From positions 44,061,536-44,125,535 of the forward strand of contig JBOZIK010000001.1 in the NCBI GenBank assembly GCA_051453625.1: a stretch of DNA of 64,000 nt, written 5' to 3'. The position numbers and the translations under genes were made by a program. Origin of the DNA: Welwitschia mirabilis. Lineage: Eukaryota. The notes beneath the pieces are model-generated. The model searched no databases, was not told the DNA's origin, and saw nothing but the letters and a program-made list of their open reading frames with translations. Below, in pieces: positions 53,690 to 64,000 of the stretch; the stretch's first letter is position 1, and each line of letters starts with the position of its first letter.

Positions 53690-56600
53690 AATATTGCTCA
53701 CTTGAATTATTGCTTTGCAACTTTGCTCTTCTAGATTAAAGACTTTTTGCATGCTCTTGCATGTCTCTACATGTTCATACATGTAGGTTAGAAGTTTCTA
53801 GCTAGTATTGCACTTTAATTCATTAAGCATTTTGGGAAGCCTTTCCCCTTAAGTCATGGGATTTGATAAAGAAGGGTCTTGACGATTTTAAGGGTAGCAA
53901 TGGACAATGGCATCTTTGGTTTCCTAGCAATTCACTTTCCATAGCAATTGAAAGTGTTTTTAGTTTTTTCCAGTGTGAAAAAGCTTAATAAATGAATAGC
54001 TATCCAAAACTAAATCACAAAATACTAGCTTGCTACACTAATTGTGAAATGGGATTATCTTAAAAATCATAGGACCTTAAAATGATTCACATTCCAAAAG
54101 TTGAATGGGAGAATGTGGTTTTAAAGCTCGCAAGCCAAGAGGAAATTCTTGTAAAAGTTAAGGATCTACTTTACAAATAAAAATAGTTAATAGTCATGTT
54201 TTATTAGAAGTTTGCTTGTTTATAAGATAAGATGGACATAAATCATATGGAAAATCAAATCCAAAAAACTAATGAGGAGAAAACTTGCATGGCCATTATG
54301 ATTTGTGAAACTATAGTAGAATAGGAGAAAAGAAAGAAAAGATCTCAATTTGCATCTTGTTGGGATACAAGATCTTACAAAAGAGGTGGAATCAGTGATT
54401 TAAAAAAATGCACATCAAATTGCCTAGAATTAAATAAAATTACTATTCTAGGCATAAGAATGATAAGTCTAAATACATAATTTTTTAATTTTAAGATTTG
54501 GATGATGGATCCAAAGTTTGGGAACATCTCAGTGATTTAAAGGGCTACAAGATATGGGTGAATGAGGATCTTACAAAGAATGAACTCACAAAGAGATTGG
54601 TGGAATGGAAGAAAGTCAAAAAAGCAAGAGAAGTGGGTTTTTGTTACTTTCCTAAATACAAAAGGTAATGTGGTAATAACAACAACTAAATATGAAAAAA
54701 CCTTTAGAGGGAATGCATAAAATTTGTCTATTGTGGGTTTTAAATACTGATGGATTTGTACTAGATAACGTTGAAGCTTTGAATAAAATTGCTTTCTTTT
54801 AATCCTTCAACATTTTTGCTTTCATGGAAACTTAGAAACACGAGTATTTTACAACTTTTACAATCCCAAAATTTACCATGTTTTAGTTTGTAAATAAAAG
54901 AAAACAATGAATAAGAAGACCATCTAAAGATTTGGCTATCTGGATTCATATTCATTTTAGAAATCAAATTCAAGTAGAAAAGGTTAATGAACATAATCAA
55001 TATGTATAGCTTAAAATAATNNNNNNNNNNNNNNNNNNNNNNNNNNNNNNNNNNNNNNNNNNNNNNNNNNNNNNNNNNNNNNNNNNNNNNNNNNNNNNNN
55101 NNNNNNNNNNNNNNNNNNNNNNNNNNNNNNNNNNNNNNNNNNNNNNNNNNNNNNNNNNNNNNNNNNNNNNNNNNNNNNNNNNNNNNNNNNNNNNNNNNNN
55201 NNNNNNNNNNNNNNNNNNNNNNNNNNNNNNNNNNNNNNNNNNNNNNNNNNNNNNNNNNNNNNNNNNNNNNNNNNNNNNNNNNNNNNNNNNNNNNNNNNNN
55301 NNNNNNNNNNNNNNNNNNNNNNNNNNNNNNNNNNNNNNNNNNNNNNNNNNNNNNNNNNNNNNNNNNNNNNNNNNNNNNNNNNNNNNNNNNNNNNNNNNNN
55401 NNNNNNNNNNNNNNNNNNNNNNNNNNNNNNNNNNNNNNNNNNNNNNNNNNNNNNNNNNNNNNNNNNNNNNNNNNNNNNNNNNNNNNNNNNNNNNNNNNNN
55501 NNNNNNNNNNNNNNNNNNNNNNNNNNNNNNNNNNNNNNNNNNNNNNNNNNNNNNNNNNNNNNNNNNNNNNNNNNNNNNNNNNNNNNNNNNNNNNNNNNNN
55601 NNNNNNNNNNNNNNNNNNNNNNNNNNNNNNNNNNNNNNNNNNNNNNNNNNNNNNNNNNNNNNNNNNNNNAAATAATGCAACAAAAATTAATTTTCTTTTT
55701 ATCCTTTTGCTATTTTTCTCCATATGCATGTATGTGCTATAACTCTATAATGTAATCATCCATTTCAATATCTTAGCATAAATATTGCGAAAAAGGAAAA
55801 AATTATTTATGGTGATTTTAATGCCAGAATTAATAAGCAACAAATTCCAATTTTAAGTTAGGATTCTCAAGTCCATTCAACCAAGAACAATCTAATGAAT
55901 AGAAAAGGTAATCAAGTGATAGTAGTATCAATTGCGAAAGTAAGAAATTTCTAACATAGGAACAGGAATTAAATGAAATTAGTAAATTTTCAAACTCAAA
56001 ATATTTTAATTTTATAGGTTCACAAGGTCCACCAAGTATAGATTCTTTAATTGCTAATTCAAAAAGTTTGATAAGCATTAAATTCTTTAAAGTAATTCCA
56101 GAGCTAATTGGACTATGTCACCATCCCTTATCCTCTACAGTTTCAATATATTACTTGCATATTTAACATAGCAGAAAAATATTTTTTTGGTTAACAAATG
56201 AAGAAAAAGTAAGCTTCTAATCTAAAGTCTAGAAAAGATGGAATGCTTCTAAAAATATTACAAACATCCTCTTTGAATCATTTCATCATGTTGGTAAAAG
56301 TCATTGAACGCAAAAGCAAGAATGCTTTGATGACGAATGTAAACAAATTCATGTAGCTCCTAGACATCAAGCTAGGCATGTAAAAGTAGTCGATTTGATT
56401 GACAATAAGAAGAGAAGATTCATCTACCATAAGCAAGTAGAAATGCTTCGTTTCTTAAATCAAAATCAAAAATATTTTGAAAGCTAATTCATAATAAACA
56501 ACTACTATAATCTAGTTTTCCTTTAAAGGATGTTAAATGTTTCTATCGAACTTCGTTTCCATATTACTTAGAGATAGAATCAATTCATGCTATCAGTAGA

Positions 56601-58330
56601 TACCTATCTTTATCTATGGATGACATTATAGAAGAAACAAATAGACTAACAAATAAATCTACTAACACAAAAGACATGTATGCACAAATGTTAAAATTGG
56701 GGATTCTCTTATGAGGAAGCAATTTGGAAGAACTTAATCATGGACTAGAGTATGAAGAGCTTAATCATGGACTAGAGTTTGTTTTTAACAAGAGAACAGT
56801 GCATCAACAAGGTAATTATGATTTATAAAAAGGGAGACAAAATTAGATCTAAGTACCTATAGAATGATTATCATAAGAAAAGTTTTTAGTAAATGCTTGG
56901 TCAATATTCTCAAAACAAAGCTGACAAAAATGGATAGAAAAAATAAGATACAATCACTACTAAAGGTAGGATTTAGATGATACCAATTCATAACAAATCA
57001 TCTCCTCACCTTAAAATACCTCATTGATATAGCTAAAGGTCTAGGTAAGAAAGCATTTATTGGCTTTATTAATTTCTCTAAAGCCTATGATTCTATAATG
57101 TAAAATAAGTTACACTAAAGATTAAGAAATATTAGAATTCCATCAAATTTATTATTTACATTTTAGAAGTTTTACAAAGAGGTGTGTATCTAGCTAACAT
57201 ATAGTAATTCTAATAAAAATGTTTTAATTCGAGGAATCTCAAGGTTAAACAAGGACATCCTCTCTCTCCTATGCTTTTTTGAATATTCATTAATGACTTA
57301 GAAGCCAGATGTAGGAAATTCCCAAGAAACATTCTCTTCTAGATAGATAATTGCATTGTCAATTTGTTTCTTTATGCCGATGACATAGCATTGATTTTCA
57401 AATTAGCAAAAGGGTTATAGTGCGTGCCACATACCTTGAATATATTTTTTTCTTATTCTAGAGTAAATATCGATGTTCATAAAACTAAGGTTATGGCTTA
57501 TGAAATTGATAATCAACTCTATTATTTCAAACTGGAAAGAAGACAAATAGAGTTATCTCATCCTACAAATATTTAGGTCTAGAATATATTAATAATTATG
57601 GCTAGAACAAAGGAATCTCTCAAAGAATTATAAATGGCATGAAGGTATTATTTGCATGTTGAAGCAAATTCAAAAGAGAAAATAGTCTATCTTGGACGGT
57701 TTAAAGACAATTATTCTATGCTATTGTTCAATAGACTATCCTATATGGATATGTAATTTGGGAATCTAAAATATCAAATAAACATTGGAGAAAAATGGAA
57801 GTGGTGGAAAATTCCTTTTTACAATATGAATTTAAGGTAAATCCAGAATCTTAATATGAAATTATGCTTTTAAAGGTAAATTTAATGACATTTGAAATTA
57901 AATACATTTGCCAATTTCTAGCTATGTCAATCACCTATTCTATAATAGCCATGATAAATTTTCCAAGAAATTTCTTTTTGTAGTACAAGAACATGGATAG
58001 TTTGAGTAGGGAAATAGGTGGCTCAAGAGATGAAATATCAAAGAAATAATTTTTCATACTAATGCTGGTGGGTATTAAAAACTCATAACCAAAATGCCTC
58101 TTTAGGAAATATTGGCAAATGCTAAAGGAGGGAAGTAATTTTTCTTGGATAATGTTAAATGAGGCATGTCTACATAGGTTATCTATTTAAAAGATGTTAT
58201 TCCCCTCCATCCATAGGTTATCTAGTAGGGCAAAAATGGATTCCATTATTTTCAAGTTGAAATACGTAGGTGGCAAAAAATCCTCATGGATAAAGAAAAT
58301 GTTGATTTTGTGATAGGCTTGGAAATTAGA
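53690..58330 (+). mobile_element. Near-full-length decayed LINE of the same RTE/RTEX-like type (ORF1, APE, RT)
   Basis: ORF1-like RRKERKDLNLHLVG and IWVNEDLTKNEL; APE GDFNARI (about 55811); RT FINFSKAYDSI, KQGHPLSPMLF and LFLYADDIALI; C-terminal SHYFQVEIRRW.....KC. Boundaries are approximate. Confidence 0.85.
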
Positions 58331-58334
58331 AAGT

Positions 58335-60800
58335 GACCTAGAGCAAAAAGATGAAATATTTTCCCAATTAATGCAAGAATGATAAGCTTGGCGATAAATT
58401 TTTAAGCACTAAAGTGGAGAGGTAATGTTTAATGAAGCATTGTGAATTGGAAAGAAAGAGTCATTGAAAAAGTAAGCATTATAGAATTGACTGGAGTGAT
58501 GAGGAAGGGATAGCCTATGAAAGGAGCCTGATTGGAAATGAGACTTAATGAGATGGACCAAAGAATTAGCAATAATGATGAACAANNNNNNNNNNNNNNN
58601 NNNNNNNNNNNNNNNNNNNNNNNNNNNNNNNNNNNNNNNNNNNNNNNNNNNNNNNNNNNNNNNNNNNNNNNNNNNNNNNNNNNNNTTGGAAATGAGACTT
58701 AATGAGATGGCCCAAAGAATTAGCAATAATGATGAACAAGTAATAAGCTAAGAGACAACCTTAATGAATTGATCTCTTGAGTTGAAAAGAAGTAGAGATA
58801 CACTTGTTAACATAGACTCTAGTAAGGTCATCAAAGAAAAAATCTTAGCGTGTCTTAAAAATCCATGTCCAAAGTGAATTTTTTGGAGCATTTTCAAGAT
58901 GAAATTTTAGGAGATTTTGTCATAGGCTTTAGAGTAATCAATCTTTAAGAAATAAAGTCTTAGCCAGATTTATATCCCCACTCCCAAACTTTAACAAGAT
59001 GAATTATATTGCTTAAAATATAATGACCTTAATGAAGGCAATTTATTCTAGGTGAATAATCTTAGAAAGAACATACTTATTTAGCTATTGGCTAAGTCTT
59101 TGGAAATAATCTTATGAAAAGTATTTAGTAGAGTAATCAGATGTCAATATTTAGTTTGATCCCCACCCTTATCTTTTGGGATGATTTTTATTAGACAAGT
59201 ATCAATAAATCTACCAAGAGAAACCGGGGTTAGAAATTCTTTATAGACTTCATAAAAAGAATCCTTAATCGCATGCCATAAATTCATATAAAAGTTAATT
59301 ATAAGACCATTAAGACCAAAAACCTTATCATCCTTCATTTTCTTTATAGTAGTAGTAACTTTCTCAAAGGAGAGAGGTTGATCAAGAAGGAAGATCATAT
59401 TATTTGGCACAAGACTAGGGATAAAATCTTTAAGTTCTTCTCAAGCACAATTTTCATTATTAAAATTACGCTCATAACCAATAAGTTTCATAAATCCCTA
59501 AAAAAGAATATTTGTAATTTTTAAAGGGGTTGTGATTTTTTATCCAATAGATTGAATGACAAGAATAGTCCCAGAAAGAGATGGATCAAACTTCAGAATC
59601 TTAAAGAATGATTTAAAAGGCTTATCACCATCCTAAAGTCAACATAATCGAGAATGAAAATAACAAGCATGAGCCCATTGAACTTCCATGTATTGAATTC
59701 TAGTTAACACATTTAGATTAACCTCTTGAAGAATAATGTTAAAAGGATCCCTTCCTAGAGTTGAAATGATGGATTTTTATTCTTTAGACTAAGTCAAAAC
59801 CTCTTGTTTAAAATAACCAATTGCGAATCCACTAAATTATCTTATTAAAATTAAAGTTCGATAACAAATCTATGTCCACCAAGAGCACCAACTCATACCC
59901 TTAGTGGAAAAGCTACCGATGGGCTAGAGGTGATAAATCATAAACTTAGTGGAGTAATAATGAAGGAAAGTAGTATTAAGAACACAACTAAAGATTTTAG
60001 AAGGGGTAACATCACACTTTTTAAGTTTACGAATAATGGAAAAATGATTTGAAAATTTATAGAGAAAATGGTATGCATAAGATAACCATCAAGATCGCTA
60101 AAATGAATATGATTATTTTGAAAAAGATAAAGCTTATCCCAATGTTGAAGCACTAAATTATTTCCCATATGCCTATTCAACCAAGTTGAAATAAAAGCAA
60201 AAGTCCTTCCAACAAGATCCATAGGGTCATATAAACCAAAGTGGGCAATGAGATCATTTCAAGCTTATTATTCTAAAGCATGAAAAAAGAAGGTACATCT
60301 CCCTACTTTATCTCTAGAGGAGGTAGCCATGTAAAAGTTATCCACAAGGCATCAAGTAGCATTTGGTAAATCATCCATATTCTTCCAAAGGAGCTCTCTT
60401 TATTTTGAATTATTGGGAACACAAATAGAGATAATGGAAAAAATAAAATTTTGCCAATAAATATAAATCCATGTTGCTATACTACCATTAATAATACTGT
60501 AATCTAAAATTATCAGAGTCCATGATGAATGAAGAAGCACAAAACCACCAGGGCCTTGGAAATAAGATGTGGACAGGAGCATATATCTAGGAGCAATGCA
60601 ATTATAAGCAAAAAGGAGAGCATTACCGCAAATATTAAATTATTGTAAACAAATAATATCAAAAGAAAAGGACAAGCTACTAACAACATTTTTAACTTGA
60701 AATTTGCGTTGAGGTTTAGATAAGCCCCTAACATTCTAAGAGAGTAGATTTGTGAAGTGGAAAGAGAAAGATTAGGAGCATGCCCTCCATGGAATTGCAT
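58335..60800 (-). mobile_element. Decayed L1-clade LINE ORF2 (APE and RT), 3'-truncated
   Basis: APE-like ISICVPNNSK*RELLWK...CLVDNFYM; EKVTTTIKKMKDDKVFGLNGLIINFYMNLW...IKIIPK; *GCLLAYYLFIIIA (the QGCPLAPYLF motif). Confidence 0.85.
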
Positions 60801-61574
60801 TTTGTCTCTACCATTATTTACAAATTAAAAAAAATATAGGGCTAGTACTTGAGGCATCTATAGATTCTTGGAAAGAAGAAAGAAACCTATTGTTCAAAGT
60901 AAGCATTGAAGGTCATTTACTAATAAGACTTCTGAAAGGGACTTTTAGATTTGCTAAAATGGAAATTACTATAAAAAATCAGTAATATGAAACAATATAA
61001 TAAACTTTTAATAAAATTTTTAGGAAGATCAATGAAATTTAAAAAATGTTACTAAAGTTGTAACATAAATTAAAAATTTTTATAATTAATGATTTATTAC
61101 ATAGTATATGTGAATAATATTATGTCATGTTAATATTTTTAAAAATATTTTATATTCTAACTTATCTGAAGAATAAATATATAATTAAAGTATATTGATA
61201 CTTTTAATAATTTATGTATTTAATTAAATAAATGATAATAAATTAGAATATAATATAGGATAATCTAAAAATTAAAAATAGTATTACAAGAGAGTAGTGC
61301 ATAGCATAGTTAGTTTGATTTATATTTGTAAGCTACGTGGTTCAACATCTTGGGTTAAAGGACTATAGTATGTGGATTAGAACCTGCTTCTATTTATATA
61401 TTTAAGGTGCATGTTGTATAGGACTCATCTTATGTATAGATCATAGTTAAGAATTGAATGTGTAGCAACTAGCTCATGAGTTGATAAGGACCACCCATGG
61501 GTTTCATCTAATAAAGCAAATCAGTAATCCTAATAATTTCCACACAATTCTTTAGGATGTTAATTCTTTTTTTG

Positions 61575-61621
61575 TGTGTGTGTACATATATGTATATATA
61601 TACAAATGCTTATGCATTTCC

Positions 61622-61659
<38 letters not shown>

Positions 61660-61662
61660 ACA
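61575..61662. repeat. (TG)/(TA)/(TATG) compound microsatellite
   Basis: Directly visible dinucleotide runs. Confidence 0.85.
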
Positions 61663-62847
61663 AATGCTTATGCTCAGATATACCTTTAAATACATGAATA
61701 AAAATCACATTTATATTGAAAGCTAGCTTCATTAAGATCTAGCTAGCTACAGATATTCTTAGCTTAATTAGATTATGTCCTATTTTATGAAGTTGTAATT
61801 ATTTTAATTGATATATATTAAAATGATTAGACTAATAATAGATTAACAATGCTTAACTATTACCTTTAGGAAAATCAAATATATCTTACATGAGCCAATT
61901 ATGCAACTTATTTGGAAAATATAATCATTTCATAAACTCTAGTATGATAAAGAACTCTATTCTTGATTCTATTTTAAAACATATTAAAGTGTATAAAAAC
62001 TTAAAGGATCCATAGGAGCTCCCTGACCACCTTCCCCTTTCTAACCAAAAAAAGGGGGAAAAAAGAAAATAAAAAAGAAAGAAGAAAAGAAAGAAAGAAG
62101 ACAAACCTATGTAATATCTGTTACAGTAGAAATTATGGATATCTTTATATGTTCTAAACTTAGATTATATTCCTTGTAGGCATTATTTTTTCTTTATTTT
62201 TTGAAAATGTGAGTTCATGACAAATTGTTTTGAACTTGCTAAGATTACTAGTTTACTTAGTCAGATAGAAATCCATTATGGCCCTAACTCATAAGTAAAT
62301 CTCTAAGTCATGCTTGTGATTTACACCCAAGACATCATAATCCATGCATAGGTATATCTTGAATACATGGATACATTTATTTGTCATTTGAATATTCATT
62401 TTTAGAAGTGGAAATTAAACCCTTAACAATTTATTTCATTAAAAGTTTAAAGTTCAACCATAGACATATTACTTGATTCTTTATTTGGACATAGGAAAAA
62501 GTAAGATAGATCTATTTCAAACAAGTAAATTTTTGGGGACATTTTATATTTACATTATTATTTTAGTTTTTACTTTTATAGTTTATTAATTCTAAAATAA
62601 CCTCATTTAGCCTAGAAAACTAGTGATCTAGTGATATGAAAATTGGCTTGTGGTTTGTATTAATGTGTTCAAAGAAAACCGAGGTGCAAGCTCTAATGTT
62701 TTATGTATGAAATAGAGATTAGACATAAACATTTGATGGCTAACTCCTATATTAACAAGAATGATCCATAGGTTTCCATTCGGTTAGGTAAAATAATGAT
62801 CGTAACAAGCGCAATATTGTTTCCCATGCACTAATTTATTTAAAAAA

Positions 62848-62984
62848 TTAGAATAAAGATGACATAAGTCCTTCAAAAAAATGTATGCAACAATAATTTG
62901 AGAAACTTATGAAAAGTTAGAATAAAAAATAACATAAGTCCTTCAAAAAAATCTATGCAACAATAATTTGAGAAACTTGTGAAG
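62848..62984. repeat. ~70-bp tandem duplication (2 copies)
   Basis: ACATAAGTCCTTCAAAAAAAT.TATGCAACAATAATTTGAGAAACTT occurs twice. Confidence 0.9.
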
Positions 62985-63179
62985 AATTTCAAAAACTATC
63001 TTCAGGGAAGGTAATAAATGCAAAAGGCTTATATGAAGAATGTTAAAGTGGGAGGTATCTCATTTTTTAGAAGTAGTATGGAAGAATCTTAATCATGCTT
63101 TAAAATTTGAATTGGAGAAAAAGCCATGAATTAATAAGAATAATGTATTGTTTAAGAAAAGAAAAAAACAAATTCTAAT

Positions 63180-64000
63180 AATTATATATTCATTACAGTG
63201 AATAATGTTATTACAAAACTCATGGAAACTATCCTTAAAGCAAGGGTTAATAGATGAATAAAGAAGGGTAAACCCTAGGCAATGTCTAGAGAAGACTCAT
63301 GGGAATGTAATTCTATAGTAGGTTATCTTATCATCTTCAAGCATCTCATTGACAAAGGTAAAGGGCCAAATGAAAAGATAGTTATTTGTTTTATAGACTT
63401 CTCTAAAGTGTATGAGTCAATCATTAAGAATAAATTTTAACAACAATTAGAAAATATAAGAAATTTCACAACCTTACTCTTTGTAATTTAGACTCTATAT
63501 AAGGAGGTATATATCGAATTCACATATATCATTTCTCAAGAAAGTATAATGTTTCATATTTCTATTAGTGTTAAGCTAGATTACTCATTTTCTCCTACAC
63601 TTTTTGGAATTTTCATTAATGAATTAGAGGCTTAGATAAATAAAATCTCCTTTAATCATTCTGTATGAGTAGGAGACTATCTTTTAAACCTCTTTCTCTG
63701 TACAAAGGATGTGGTAATGATTTCTAAAATAAAGCAATATTTATAGAATATAGTGCATATTTTGAATGAATTTTCTCATAGGTTTGGAATGTATATTAAT
63801 GTTCAAAAAACCAAAGACATGGCTATGACATGTGTAATGCTCATTTCAATTTTTGAATAGGAAATGAATAGGTTGAAACTATTTCTTGCTATACATACTT
63901 GAGTTTGAAATGTTATGATAATTATACATGCGACAAGTGCATCACTTAGAGGTTATTATATTTATGAAATCCTTATTATCCTTAAAAAGCAAATCGCAAA
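63180..64000 (+). mobile_element. Third RTE/RTEX-like LINE RT fragment, running off the window
   Basis: FIDFSKVYESI and VKLDYSFSPTLFGIFINELE, colinear with about 56900-57640. Confidence 0.82.

Overview
AT-rich, gap-ridden land-plant genomic DNA made almost entirely of old, decayed retrotransposons, with no intact protein-coding gene. 1-7546 is the 3' part of a Tekay/chromovirus-like Ty3/gypsy element. 7672-43165 is a minus-strand Ty1/copia element (TSD GGGGA) with three nested insertions: a Tekay-like element (12135-22958) in its RT, an Athila-like element (28857-42810) in its 5' LTR, and a 349-bp solo LTR (9832-10180) in its 3' LTR. 47.4-64 kb holds four LINE remnants around a CpG-rich, non-repetitive-looking island (about 50.1-53.3 kb). 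Two observations stand out. (1) Both ~3-kb copia LTRs carry the same cassette of intronless host-mRNA fragments: a 14-3-3 N-terminus, an unidentified piece, and a cytosolic glutamine synthetase N-terminus fused in frame to a group-3 LEA C-terminus. (2) The Tekay-like elements have tandem ~55-60-bp [PBS + LTR-end] units, some of which have been absorbed into the LTR itself. All homologies were recognised by eye from manual translation; no searches were run.
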